DNA from: Octopus vulgaris
Lineage: Eukaryota
Direction: 5' to 3'
NCBI GenBank assembly: GCA_951406725.2
Contig: OX597819.1
Span: 91,078,001-91,142,000, forward strand
Length of the DNA: 64,000 nucleotides
How positions within the stretch are numbered: position 1 is the first letter of the stretch; every line of letters starts with the position of its first letter. The notes under the pieces were generated by a model. The model had not been told where the DNA came from, searched no databases, and was given only the letters and a program-made list of their open reading frames with translations. This document shows, in pieces, positions 42,158 through 56,118 of the stretch. A program made the translations under genes and the position numbers.

Positions 42158-42218
42158 TTTTATTGATGTACCTGAAGAGACCAAGAACGGGTCGAAACAT
42201 GTGTCGTACCCAATAAAA
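42158..42218 (+). ncRNA. Minimal type I hammerhead ribozyme, canonical core
   Basis: GUAC-CUGAAGA-[GACC aagaacg GGUC]-GAA-ACA ug UGU-C-GUAC, with outer stem UUUUAUUG/CAAUAAAA. Predicted GUC cleavage after 42205. Confidence 0.85.
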
Positions 42219-42368
42219 TATTTTACTCACTCCATCTATTTTATTAATACTGTTACCCCCAACCACCACTACGAAATTCCTGCAATAAATCTAAGGATAA
42301 CAACAGGTAATCGAAACCATGCTGGTGCTTTACTCATCATCTTTTTATACATTTTGTATAATTTCTCC

Positions 42369-42415
<47 letters not shown>

Positions 42416-44214
42416 TATGGAGATGTACTTGCATAGCAAGTGACTTGAGATTGTGTGCTGAAAGAGAAACAATTGCAGTATGGAAGGTGTTTATAAGCCA
42501 TTTAAAAACACAAAAACTGTTGGATTTACTTCAACATTTAAATTTAATTTGTCAAAATATTTTCATCACTTTGAAACAGCGACCTGTTCACTGAAAAAAA
42601 TTCCAGGTTTATATATATCAACATTATTGATAATAAGGATTATAATGAAGTTGCATATCATTACCTTTAATTCTTTTAATATATTTACAATGGGCTTCTT
42701 TCAGTTTCTGTCTACCAAATTCACTCACAAGGCTTTGGTTAGCCTGAGGCTATATAGTAAAGGACACTTGCCCAAGGTGCCACACAGTGGAACTGAACCC
42801 AGGACTGTGTGGTTGAGAAACGAGCTTCATACCATACAGCCATGCTGATGCCTATGATCATAAGATTGTGGTTTTGATTCCCAGACTGAGTGAAGTATTG
42901 TGTGCTTAAGCAAAACACATTGTTTTGCATTGTTTCACTCTACTCTGACAAGTATAAATGTAGCTCTCTCTCTCTCTCTCCCTCTCTCAAATCACACCCT
43001 ACAAATTTAGATAATTGGTTAATATATATCAGTCCCTTATGGATTGATTAATGTATATAGGTCCCTTATAGAATGATTAATGTATATCAGTCCCTGACAG
43101 GATGGCTATGTCATGAATGCCCTTGGTCTGCTATCTGAGACAACATCACATATTTGGAAAGTGGTAACCTAGAGTATCTGATGGACATCTGGACCATATA
43201 ACAACTGACACAATGAAAGCTGTGATATCTTCATTGTCATAGCTACCATCATCATTACTGTTACCGTTATCATTGTCAACAAGTAAACAGGGACACTGTT
43301 GTATGGTTGCTTGGCCTACTAGAAATAGCAGCCAGATCTTTCTCATATCACACCCTACTGTCTTAATAAAGAGAAGAATACATTGGATAATGTAGCTCAA
43401 GTTAGATAACATATCTGGGAATAAAAAAAAATGCTAAGCTGGACACTCCTAGATCAGATTTGATGATAGGTCTGCTTGATAAACGCTGACCTGGGGGCTA
43501 AACAACAACATCAACCACCACTACCATCACCACCACCACCACCACCACCATCATCAGTCATCATCATCATCATCATCATCATATTGGAAAGTGATATTTT
43601 CCTGTTTTTATATTTTAAAGTGTTTCAGCAAAAGAAACCAATAGAATAAGAGACAGACTTAAAAAAGATAATAAATGGATTGATTTGTTTGACCGCACCA
43701 AACATGGGCAACCTTATTCTGGGGTATGAGTTGCATGAGGCATGGCTCATCATCAAGTGGGCTGCACTTCTGAAAGAAATTCAAAGGAATTTTTTGTATT
43801 AAGTGTGCCATTCAAAAAGGTCTTTTGGCCACATTTTGTTCATGATTGGACTAAATCCTTTAAGGCTGTGTCCCAGCATGGCCACAGTCTAATGGCCAAA
43901 ACAAGTAATAGATAAAAAAGTAAAAAAGATAAAACAAGTAAAAGAGAAAAAGTAAATAAGATAAAAAGTAAAAAAGATAAAAAAGTAAAAAAGATAAAGT
44001 ATTTTCACACAACCATTAACACTTCTCCTTGAAGTTGTCTCAACCCACTCTCCATCTCTCCCTCTCTCTCTCTCTCAGTCCTTCATCTGCTAACAGAAAT
44101 GTAACTCCAATTTTGTACATTTTATAAGATCTAATGTTTACTGCGCAATAAAATAATGACTAGATAAACATATACACTTGCCCGATACCAACTCTAACAT
44201 TGAAACTTTGAAAA

Positions 44215-44650
44215 ATAACCTAAATAAAAAGAATTCAGAATAACCTGGAAAATGTCTTTTTAAACACTACATTTGAAGCTTACTTCAAGAAACCAGAATA
44301 GTTTATCAAATAGCCTAAATGATGTTGTTCTCAGTGCCATAAATTAGGCTGCTAATTAAAGAAACCACGCAAGTTTATTAAATAACTTACAAAATGTCTT
44401 TTGCTATGGCACTAAATAATGGTTTCTATTTCAACATGCCAAAGTCATTTATAAATTAACCTTGAAGATATCTTTCTCAGTGCACAAGTTAAGACATTAT
44501 TTCAATAAACCACAATAGTTTACAAAACGACCTAGAAGATGTCTTTTGCAAAGCTGCTAAATAGGGCAATTGTTTCTTTGACAAAACAGAGTAGTTTGTA
44601 AAAATAACCTAGATGTCTTTCCTAGTGCACAAGTTAGGACATTATTGCAG
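44215..44650. repeat. Degenerate ~72-bp tandem repeat (~6 units)
   Basis: AAtaACCTagAAgATGTCTTT-like anchor at ~44239, 44309, 44381, 44455, 44526 and 44603. Confidence 0.6.
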
Positions 44651-44654
44651 CAGA

Positions 44655-45692
44655 TTCTGAAGACATCTGGAAGTCACAGTTGAAGACAATGACACTTTTA
44701 TTGAATACACTTACTTTTTAGTATTTTAAGATATTTTTATGTAATTTTAGTAAATATATCTGTTAAAATGGGATGTCAGTGTTATTTTCGTTTTTGGGTC
44801 ATTGCTGCATTTTTTCCTAACTCTGTATAATATTTGTTTCAGAAAATAATAATGGCAGACTCCTCAGCTTACTCAAGAAATGAAGAGGCATGCTGTTATT
44901 CTGGTTATAAAGGCTGAGCGTAGTGATTTAGAAATATCTCGATTTTTAAAAGTTGCTAGATCATTTGTATACAGAGTTGTAAGGACTGAAGAGGTAAATG
45001 TATCACCAGTATCATTGCAAAAAAGTATTCTAAACACTCTGAAATCATCAGAACACTTGGATTTATCCAGCAAGTTCAACAGACCATTGGTTACAATCCC
45101 AGAAAGTCCATGAGGTCAATTGCAAAAGATCTCCATGTGTCAGAAGGAACAGTCAGAAATGTTGTCCACGAAGACATCAGATATAAGTCTTGTATGATGA
45201 GGAAAGGTCAATTTGTCAGAAAAAGCAAAAGAAAATCACTACATCAGATCTAAAAGGTTCTTAAGCAAACTTAAAAATCCAGCAGAAGACTTGATTTAAT
45301 TTTTCTCAAACGAGAAAAACTTTGACCAAGATCAAAAAGTTAACTGAAGAAATGACAGATGGTTATGTGCAGACCCTTCTGAAGTTCCAAGGGTTATGCA
45401 TACAAAATTTCCTGCAATTGTCATGGTTTTAGAGGTTGTCAGCAATGAAGGACAAGTGATGCCTCCTTACTTCTTTCCACAAGGCCTTAGAGTTAACTCT
45501 GCCACATACATTGAGGTCCTGAAAATAATTGTTAAGCCCTGGATAGGCAGTGTATGCAATGGAAGACCATATGTGTTTCAGTAAGACTCTGCACTATCAC
45601 ACATGGCTCTAGTAACACAAGAATGGACGGCTGAAAACTTTCATAATCACATAATCCCTAACATTTGGCCTCCTAATTCCCCAGATCTCAAT
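44655..45692 (+). pseudogene. DD37D-like transposase remnant
   Basis: MKRHAVILVIKAERSDLEISRFLKVARS; FSNEKNF; GRPYVFQ*DSA...WPPNSPDLN. Confidence 0.8.
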
Positions 45693-45994
45693 ATATGTGT
45701 CTGTCTGTTGGTATATGTATCTGAGTTTCATTCTTTTGTTTGAAGGGAACGATGGGGAGGAAGAACAGGTACAATGCTAATTACTTTTTATGAGCCTCTC
45801 AGGATTGGGGGCTCATAAATCTATAGTAGGGCTTAAGTTTATGCATATTGATATTCACTGTGGGTTTTAGCACATTTATTAGTGTGTGTGCATGAAAAAG
45901 TGTGAGAGTGAGTGTGTATGTAGACATGTAAATGTGAGAGTGTGTGTGTGTGTGTATGTGCATGTCTGTGCATGTTTGTATGTGTTTGTGCGGT

Positions 45995-46150
45995 GTGTGT
46001 GGAAAGTGTTAGCAAAATTTATCTCCAAGGTGTTGGTGGAGCAGCAGAAGCAACTCAGCATAGAAATCGATCAGGACAAGCTTGACTGTGCAGACCACAA
46101 CCCAGACTTCATGAAGACCATCATCAGTAGTGATAGGACATGGGTTTATG
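45995..46150 (+). pseudogene. Mariner transposase fragment
   Basis: AKFISKVL...PDFMKTIISSDRTWVY resembles the WVPxxL...ITGDETW region. Confidence 0.6.
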
Positions 46151-46215
46151 ATCTCTGCTTGATGCATTCAGTCATCTTGCATGATAAGGAAAATCTGATG
46201 AGTACACACTAAATG

Positions 46216-46479
46216 GTGGAGACACATGACCTAGTGGTTAGAGTGTCAGCATCATGATCTTAAGATTGCGGTTTCGATTCCTGGTCCAGGCGACGCATTG
46301 TGCTCTTGAGCAAAACACTTCATTTCACGTTGCTCCAGTCCACTCAGCTGGCAAAAATGAGTAACGCTGCGATGGAACAGCGTCCCATCCAGCTGGGGAA
46401 CATATACGCTATTGAAACCGGGAAACCAGGCCCATGAGCCTGGCTAGGTTTTAAAAGGGTGCATTTATTTTATTTTATT
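46216..46479 (+). mobile_element. tRNA-derived SINE family C with 13-bp TSD
   Basis: A-box TGACCTAGTGG, B-box GTTTCGATTCC and (TTTTA)n tail. TSD TACACACTAAATG at 46203-46215 and 46480-46492. Related heads at ~12170 and ~40625. Confidence 0.85.
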
Positions 46480-48383
46480 TACACACTAAATGTCTGTACT
46501 CTAGGTATAACAACCAGGAACTGATGTGGCCTACTTGTGGGAAAAGTTTTATGCATGTGCAGGAAGGGTGGCATCACCTCCCACCTAAAGGATTTTGCCC
46601 ATGTGGCATTAGTTTTGGAGGGAAGAAATACTTTTTGGTACTTTTTGAATGCGCTTTGTACATTATAGAATTTTTTGTTTTTAAGTGAATGTTTTTGTTC
46701 TTTTTTTAATTTTTAAAGTTTTGAAAGAACCTCACAACACACAAATGTCATTGAGATGTCTAAAATGTACACAAAAACCAAAATCAGGAACAAACAAAAG
46801 AAAATGCAAATATTATGAATATCTTCCAATCTCAATATGAAATTAAAAAACAAAAAAAAATGGAAAGTGAAAAGGTTATTGACCTACAAAAGGAATGACA
46901 AAAACAAACAAAAAAAACCGAAAATTATGAAAAAGACAAAAAATATAGAAACAAAACTAAATCTAGCAACTCAGAATCTAAGTTATAATATTTCCAACCT
47001 AAATGATTTCTGATCTGATAGAAAAACTTATCACAACTTTTAAGTCAAAGATGAACAATCTAGAACAGTAGTAGCCTGTTAATATAAATCATTAAGTGAA
47101 TCCTCCACAACTTTGTGACATACTTATCAACCAAATTGATCTGTGACTGAATTCAAAATTATGAATGTTTTCCATATTCTAAACAGAGCAAAATCAATGA
47201 ATAATAATGAAGTGGTCGATGTCCTCTCACATGTGAGTGTGTGTGTGTGTGTGTGTGTGTGCATGTATGTTCATGTGTGTCTCTGTATGTGTGTACATTT
47301 GCGACTGTGTGTTTGTGTGTTCATATGTGCATGCACGTGCATTTGTGTTTGTGTGTGTTTGCATGCATGCATGTGTGTGTGTTTGCATGTATGCATGTGT
47401 GTGTGCATGTGTGTGCATGCATGTGCATGTGTTTGTATGTTTGTGTGTGTGTGTTTGTGTGTGTGTTCATGTGTGTGATTGTGTGTGTGTACATTTGCCA
47501 TTGTGTGTTCGTGTGCTCATATGGACATGCACATGCATGTGTGTGTGTGCACATGTATGTGTGTGCATGTGTTTGTGTGTATGTGTGTGCATGTTTGTGT
47601 ACATCTTTTATCCTTGCTTTTATCTTTTATCACTAACTTGTTTCAATCATTGGGCTGTGGCCATGCTGGAGCACTACTTTGAAGGGTTTAATCAAACATA
47701 TTGACCCCCAATACTTATGTTTGTAAGTTTGGTACTTATTCTAATGGTCTCATTTTGCTGAACAACTAAGTTATGGGGGACATAAACAAACCAATACCAG
47801 TTGACAAAGTGGTGGGTACAAACACAAACACATACACATACATGCATGCACACACACATATGCATATGTGCATGCGCACACACACATATGCATATGTGCA
47901 TGCACACACACATATGCATATACACATGTGCATGCACACACACACACATACACATGATGGAACTCCTTTCAGTGTCTGTCTGCCCAATTCATGTATAAAG
48001 CTTTGGTCAGCCTGAGGCTATAGCAAAAGATGCTTGCCCAGGGTGCTACACTGATGCTTCCCCACTGATCCTTATTCACTTCCAGTTTACCCCTAGCTCT
48101 AAAAAGGGTTTCCTGCTTCATATTGTAGAGGCTCTGAGAATGTAAAATTTTGGTTTCTATGGCTGGATGCTCTTCCTAACACCAATCACTCTACAGAATA
48201 TACAGGGTACCATCATCAGTGCTTTTTATGTGACCTTGTTTGATTTCTCAGTGCTTACTGGAAAAGACATGGAAAGATTAAAGTTCCATCTGCTTTCACA
48301 AAGACTAACTAATTAACTAACTAAATAAATAAATATAAGTAAATAAAATATATTTAATTTTTGTAACAGAATGTAATAAAGTA

Positions 48384-48799
48384 TGTAGCAGTACAAGCAG
48401 TCAGCACCATATTGGATGAGATCTCGTGGCAGCCTTGCCATCTCCAAAACTGGAGTGAGACCTCACCTGCATCCATTTGCCATGCATGAGATCACAAGGA
48501 AGCTCGCAATGGCAAACTGGATATAAGGGCCCAACAAAAACAGATTCATTCTCTTTTCACCACAAGCGCTTGCTGAGCACACTTTACTGGCTGAGTCTCC
48601 AAGCGAGTCCTGTCTGCATGTTGTATCTCCAGAGGCAATGGGCCTGCATTAACGGAGATACAACAAAACGCACACAGCTTGAGATGGTATGCTGAGAGCA
48701 GCACACTTCACCTATTCTGTGAAACATGTAAATAAACCAGTTGTAAATTGCATTTGTACCTAAAGACTTCTTTCCTCGCCTGCTGGAGCCTGAACTACA
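48384..48799 (+). mobile_element. Possible solo LTR
   Basis: TGTAG...CTACA ends, ATATAA at ~48521 and AATAAA at ~48731. No TSD found. Confidence 0.35.
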
Positions 48800-48935
48800 T
48801 GAAGAACAATATTTTATGGGAGAAGGTGATATTCACCCGATATCGTAACCCTTGCCTCTAATTATAAGTATTTCCCTGATGATCCATTGAAGTTAGGTAT
48901 CCAAATGCACTTCAAACATCCAATGCTGAGTTCTA

Positions 48936-49610
48936 CGAGAGGAACTCAAAAATTATTTGCACTTTTGCCATAACATATCTTTATTATTGTCACACTGCCT
49001 TCTGCACATGTATGCTTATAGTTGGTACTAATGCCGTCATATGATTGAAGTTTAAGCTTGATCACACCGTTTTTCTTTCTGGTTTTACAGTGTAAGCATG
49101 GCCACTCCACTAGCAATGTGCACCAAAGAAGAACAAAGAGCAGTGGTCCAATTTCTCTAGTCGGGAGTTTGAAAAGGGGTGTATGTCAACAGTACAAGAT
49201 ACAGTGCTTTGCTGGCCAACAAACTGAAGCCAGCAATTCATATCATATGCCGAAGACTATTGTTGAAGAAAGTTTTGTTGTTGCATGTCAATTCATGCCC
49301 ATACATGGCTGCCCAGACCATTGAAACTATTAACCAATTGTGCTAAAAGCCTCTGATGAATTTCAGCATCTGACACACCTTTTGACCAGAGAAATCAGAT
49401 CACTGCTCTTTATTCCTCTTTGGTGCACATTGCTAGTGGAGCAACCATGCTTACACTGTAAAGTCAGAAAGAAAAATGGCATGATCAGGCTCAAACTTCA
49501 ATCACATGACCCCAGTAACACTAACTATAAGTGCACATATGCAGAAGGCAGTGTGAAAATAACAAAAATATATTATGGCGAAAGTGTGGATAATTTTTGA
49601 CTTCCCCTCA
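48936..49610 (+). mobile_element. Mariner-derived deletion element/MITE with ~95-bp TIRs and TA TSD
   Basis: TA|CGAGAGGAACTCAAAAATTAT...CACACTGCCTTCTGCAC versus GCAGAAGGCAGTGTG...ATAATTTTTGACTTCCCCTCA|TA. Internal MATPLAMCTKEEQRAVVQF. Confidence 0.85.
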
Positions 49611-50464
49611 TAAATAACAGCAATCGTGAAATGTATGTAGAAATTCATATCATCATCATCATCAACATTTCATGTCTATTTTCCATGCTGGCATAGGTTG
49701 GACAGCTTGACAGGAACTGGTAAGGCTAGGCGCTGCACCAGATTCCATAGTCTGTTTTGGCCTGGTTTCTATGGCTGGTTGCCCTTCCTAATGCCAACCA
49801 CTCCACAAAGTATACTGGGTGCTTTTTTATGTAGCACCATCACATGTGCTTTTTAAGTGGCACCAGCATCAGTGATTTTTATGTTGCTCCTTGCTTTAGG
49901 ATCTCAATTCTGTTGTGGTGGGCAGGTCTTCTCGAGCTCAGCAATGTGCCACATGTCTCCGTCCTCTGTCATCTCCTTCATAAATTTCAGCATTTTAAGA
50001 TTGGCCTTCAGTATTTAGTCCTGTTTTCCTGGGTTTTCCCCTTCCACAACTACCCTCCACTTTAAGTAATCAGCCCTTCTTTATGCAACTGTTTTCATTC
50101 CTCTGCATCATATGACCAGACCTAATAATTTATCATTGTGTTTATCTTAATTTTCCTGCAAGTAAATAAAATTTGTTGCAGTGTGTTTATAAAATACAAT
50201 CTATGGTTATAAACAGCATTCCTTGTGTGGTTGTATGAGGTAAATAAATCACATATTCTACCTTTTACTCTATCATGTAAATGTGAAACAAACACACAAG
50301 TTGACACAGCTCATTCATCATGCCTGATGTTTCTTTTTTTCCGAAGAATAGTGATGAAATTCTGTATGCTGCTCTGTCAACATCCTGTGTTTGGTGTGTG
50401 TTTGGTGTGTGTGTGCGTGCATTTGTGTGTGTGCATGTGTGTGTATTTGTGTGCATTTGTGCAT

Positions 50465-50556
<92 letters not shown>

Positions 50557-53500
50557 TGATATTTTTCACAAAATATGTACCGGTCATTACTCTTTGAGAG
50601 AGAGGGAGAGGGAGAGAGAGACCGAAAGAGAGAGAGGGAGAGAGAGACCAAAAGAGAGAGGGAAAGGGAGAGAAGGGGGAGACAACAGACAGACAGACAG
50701 ACAGAAAGACAGACAGACAGACGGACAGACGGACAGACCGATGGACAAAGTGAGTAAGAAAGAGACAGAGAACCTATTAGTAACATAAACATGTCAGTAA
50801 TGTTCTTTGAAACTTTTGGCACTGAAAACCTTTTCCTTACAAAACTGATTGAAGACCATGCTTCATGGTACTTTAATAAACTTCATGACTGGAATGCAAA
50901 TTGATCGAAGACCGTAAGAAGCAGAGCACACAACGTAAGGAAAAGGTACTGATGTATTGTTTTCTTACATAAATACAAAACCACAGAATTTGAGAGAGGG
51001 GGTTAGAGTTGATTATATCAAACTCACTATTTCATTTGGACTGAAGTACATTTGTGACTGTTTAAGAAGTTTGCTTCCCAACCACGTGGTCTTGGGTTCA
51101 GTCCCACAGCATGTCACCTTAGCCAAGTGTCTTATGCTAAAACCCTAGGCCAACCACAGCCATTTGAGTGGATTTGATAGATGGAAACTGAAAGAAGCCC
51201 ATTGCATGTGCATGTATGTATGTATGTATGTATGTGTGTATATGTGTGTGTATGTATGTATGTATGTATGTATGTATGTATGTGTGTATATGTGTGTGTA
51301 TGTATGTATGTATGTATGTATGTATGTATGTATGTATGTATGTATGTATGTGTGTGTGCACACATGTGTGAATGTATGTATGTTTGTGTCTCTTTGTTTT
51401 GACATCATGTGATTGTTGTAAATGAATGTCATACATTTCCAATATTCTGTTAAAACAAGTGATAAGGGTTGATGACAGGAAGGGCATCCAGCCATAGAAA
51501 ATCTTCCTCAGTATACTCCATCCAACCCATGCAAGATGGAAAAGTGGTGGACATTAAAACAATGACAATGTGGACTTACTTTATCAGCACTAGAGGGCTG
51601 AAATGCAATGATGAATTCAGTGGGATGATGAGATCAAAATCTTTAATATATTAATTATTGCCTATTAGTCAAAAAGTTTCCTTATACACATGGGCCTTAC
51701 TCATTGTTTCTCACTGGAAGGAGATGGAAGCACCTTGTGGGAATTGTAAAGGAGATGAATATATAGTCCTGTTTAATAAAATTATGCTACTTTCCAAGAT
51801 TTTAAACTAATGAAGAAAAAGAATTATATGGATATAAAATCTTTTTGTCATTTCATTTATAAAGAGAAGAGAAGAAAAGGCTGCTAGAAAATTTCAGTAA
51901 TGTTTGTGGGTGGCCTGGCCTTTGTTAGTCTGAGAATCACTGGTCTAACTAGTCAGCTTCCAGACACACAAACATTCATTAAGAACCACTTGAGTTCATG
52001 GCCATTGTAACATGTGATGGTCAAACCATACATTAAAGAATGTTGCTTAACAGTTAAGTGTTTGATGTATACATATTCTGTTTGTATTGTTTATGAAAGC
52101 TAGGTCAGAACTGAGGGCATTTTATGTGTTAGCTGTAAATAATTAGAGAAAGCAACATGCAAGTGGCTGCTGAACAAAAAGAAAAGTTTAACAAGTATAT
52201 AGAGAGAAGGAACAATTATTGGAAGAGCTTATAGAAGAAGAGGTATGAGCTGTTGAAGTCAAATATGCTCTTAACAGTGAAGTGATAGAATCATTAGAAT
52301 GTCAACGGAAGTGCCACTAGATATTTGTTCTGGCCTTTTCTGCTCTGAGTTCAAATCCCACTAAAGTCAACACTGGCTTTTATTCTTTCCAGTCAAGTTT
52401 ACCTACCACTCCAGGAGCAGTGGATTGACAGACCTGTTAGACTATTGTGTTGCACAAGATGCTTTGTGATATCTGTTCTGAATGTTTGTATTCTGTGTTC
52501 AAATTCCACTTAAGGATCCAGGGCACACTGATGGGCAAGACTTAATCACCTGATTATGAAAGCTGGACTTGGTGGAGAAGGATTATAGTTGTCTGCTACA
52601 ATAGTGTCATAAATAACGATGATGATGGAGTGATGTGATTAAAAATGATGATGAGGGAATGATGTAATTAAGGACATAACGAAGATGTGATGTAATTAAG
52701 GACTTAAAGACAAAAGTAATTAGAGCCAGCATTTCTTGTGGTGGTGGTGGTGATGGTGGTAGTGGGGTTCCTGTGAAGATTGAAAAGGGTGCAGATAAGA
52801 GTCTTGTTTAACAAAATTAAGATGATTTTAAACTCATCCAACATTGTGGCAAAAAAGAAGTATTATATGGATGCAAGGTCTACTTCATGTACTCATTAAT
52901 AGAGGAATGGAGTGAGTGGGGACTTCAGTTATATTTTGGGGTTAGGTGGACTTGTGTTTGTCAATTTGAGACTGTTTGGTTTGGACCTTAGGTATTAATT
53001 GCTGACATGTAATTAATAAAGTAATTATTACCAAATTAATTAGATGATACAGGAAAGTAGCTTTCATGGTAATTGGTGTAGTAGAACCATTATCAACTGC
53101 AACAATCAGAGGCTGTCTCTGCATGGTCGTTTAACCTAATTAAAATGACAGCCAAAGCAAACCTCACCATCTCAGCCAAAGAAGGATACATTGTATATTG
53201 TATTTCCTAATACTCCTAAAAACAATATTGGGATGGACATTGTTGGAATACTTTTTGAGCATGGGTTTGCACATTCAGGAGTTTGCATAACTACTTCATA
53301 CAAAAAAGGATTGTACTGGAAAAGATAATTAGCAAGGCTCGTAACCCAATCAGTTAACCTATGAAATGGTAGAAGGGGTCATACCAAAATTTGTTTAAAC
53401 TCTTTAGCATTTAGACTGGCCAAATCCAGTCCAAATATTCTACCTGTTTTATGTTCATACCAGCCAGATCTGGTCTCTCATACCCATCCTAGTATGGCAT

Positions 53501-56085
53501 TCTAAAAATTAAACAACCACATCATTGAAATCTCAAAACTATGAGATATGCATGATTAATTGAAAACAATATGAATAGAATAAGTACGACATTTGACAGA
53601 GTAAAGTGAATGCTAAAGGGTTAAGAGAGAGCTTTTTGAATATCTGTCAGATGCTACATTTCTGACTAATCTTCTTTTGTGAAGGACAAACAGATATCTG
53701 TTGTAGTTAGTGTTTAATACCATATATTTATCTTATATCTATGTTTATGTTTATGTACATTCTCCCAACACTTGATAGTCAGTGTTTGTTTGTTTACTGA
53801 AGTTGATTTGTTTGGATAAACCCTTCAAGGTAAAATCCCTACACGACCCCAGTCCAATGACTGAAACAAATAAAAGATAAAAGGTAAACTTCCAGGCAAT
53901 ATATTCACAAAAGTTTTTATTTGTGGAACAGTGGGTCCATAACTGGGATAAACATTTTGTCAACTCAGTCGGTAAATTTACTGATTTCAGGTTTACTCAA
54001 TATCTGTCAATTGTAAGTTTTTAAAATCTGATGTTAAGAGACAAATTTTAGGAAGGCCTATTTCGGGCAAAATACTAAATGGTTTAGATTATTTGTGGTT
54101 CTTGTATCTCTACACCATTAATAATCCTTTCTGCTATTGACACAAGGCCTGAAATTTTGAGGGGAGGTGGGGTACTAGTCAATGACATCGAACCCCAGTG
54201 TTCCACTGGTACTTATTTTATTGCCCCCCCCCACCACCACCACCACCAGAAGGCTCAAAAGCAAAGTCGACTTCAGCAGGATTTGAACTCAGAACACAAA
54301 GACAGACAAAATTTCATTAAGCATTTTGTCCAGTATGCCAATGATTCTGCCAACCTACTGCCTTTGTTCATCACTGATAATAGTTTCAAATTTGTGCACA
54401 AGGCCAGCAATTTCAGGGATAGGGTTAAGTCAATTACATTGACCCCAGTACCTACCTAGTACTTATTTTATTGACCCTGAAAGGATAAAAAGCAATGTCG
54501 ACCATGATGAAATTTGAACTCAGATAGGCGAAATTCCACTAAACATTTTGTCCAGTATGCAAATGATTCTACCAGCTTGCTGCCTTTGTTCACCATTAAT
54601 AATAAAGAGCTTATTGTATACAGTGCTCAGGTGAACAACTTCTCAGGTACACAGCATAAGTAAGTGAAATAACATTGTTATGTGCTTTTTGTATTGTTAT
54701 TGCTATTTAAAATTAAATAATAATACTTAAAAAACAATATTTTACTTGTGCATAGCTTTGTTTGTTGTTGTATTACAGTAAAAAATGAAAGCAACAGACC
54801 AGCAGAATTGTTTGCACATTGGAAAAAATTCTTAGTGGTGTTTCTTCCAACTCTTTACATCCTGAGTTCAAATCCTACCAGAATCAACTTTGCCTTTCAT
54901 TTTTTTGGGGGGGGTGGGGGGGCGATAAAATAAAACACCAGCAAAGAACTGGAGCTGATGCAATCAGCTGACCATCCTCCCATTGAAATTACCGCCTTTG
55001 TGTTAAAATAGAAATCTTTATAGATGATGTGAAGGCAGTGAGCTAGCAGAATCATTACAATATAGGCTTAGTGACATTTCTTCCAGCTCTTTATGTTCTG
55101 AGTTCAAATCTTACCTGAATTGACTTTGTCTTTGATCCTTCCAGAGTTGATAAGATAAAGTACCACTCAAGTACTGAGGTTCATGTAACTGACCAACTAC
55201 CCTCTCCTCAAAATTGCTGGCCATTGGCCAAAATTTGAAACTTTTATAGTAAAAGTGTAAATTCAAATTATTGGAACAAATCAGAGTGGAGGTAGAGTTA
55301 CTTTCAAAGAGTTGCCAAAACGTAAATAGAAGAGAAGAAAAGAAATGAGGTAAGAAAACCAGCTATAGAAGAACTTACACATGAAATTTAAATAACAGAA
55401 AAGTGGCTTTATGACAAAACAGCTGCTTTGTAAAGGAACTAGAAAAAATGTCCAACAGCAACCAAAGAATGGAGTTGTCTTGTATGATTGGAAGATAGAA
55501 ATATATGCTGATGTACTTTAGTATCTAAGAGTATGTTTAACCATAAATTGATGGCTCTCAACCATTTAGATGGATTGCTGGAAGAAGAAAAAGTGGCAAG
55601 AATTTGTAAGAGTGAGGAAGAAGTTGGGGGAAAATTATTGCTTCTGTTTACCGAGCAGTAAACAGTTTGTTTGGCCATAAGCCAAAGAGTTAGCCTCAAT
55701 GCAGTTGGTCTATATTACACAAGTAGCACAAGAACCAGCCAAATCTCTCTCAAATTACACTAACATAACCTTGAGTACACACACAAACACAAACACACAC
55801 ATATATATATATCTAAATCTATATCTATATCTATCTCTCTCTCTCTATATATATATATATCAATATGCATGTTTTATGCATGATAATACATAAAAACATT
55901 CAAACATTAAATGTAAAACTCACAATATGTATGTGTAGTATATAAAATTTATTTTTACAATGAAAAAGTTAACAGTGCTTTAAATATTCACCAGTGATTG
56001 ACTTCATCATAATGTTTGACAAAGCTGACCATAACTGAAACTTTGATGTCACTATCAACAATTTAAAAACATTTTCTTTATGCAT

Positions 56086-56118
<33 letters not shown>

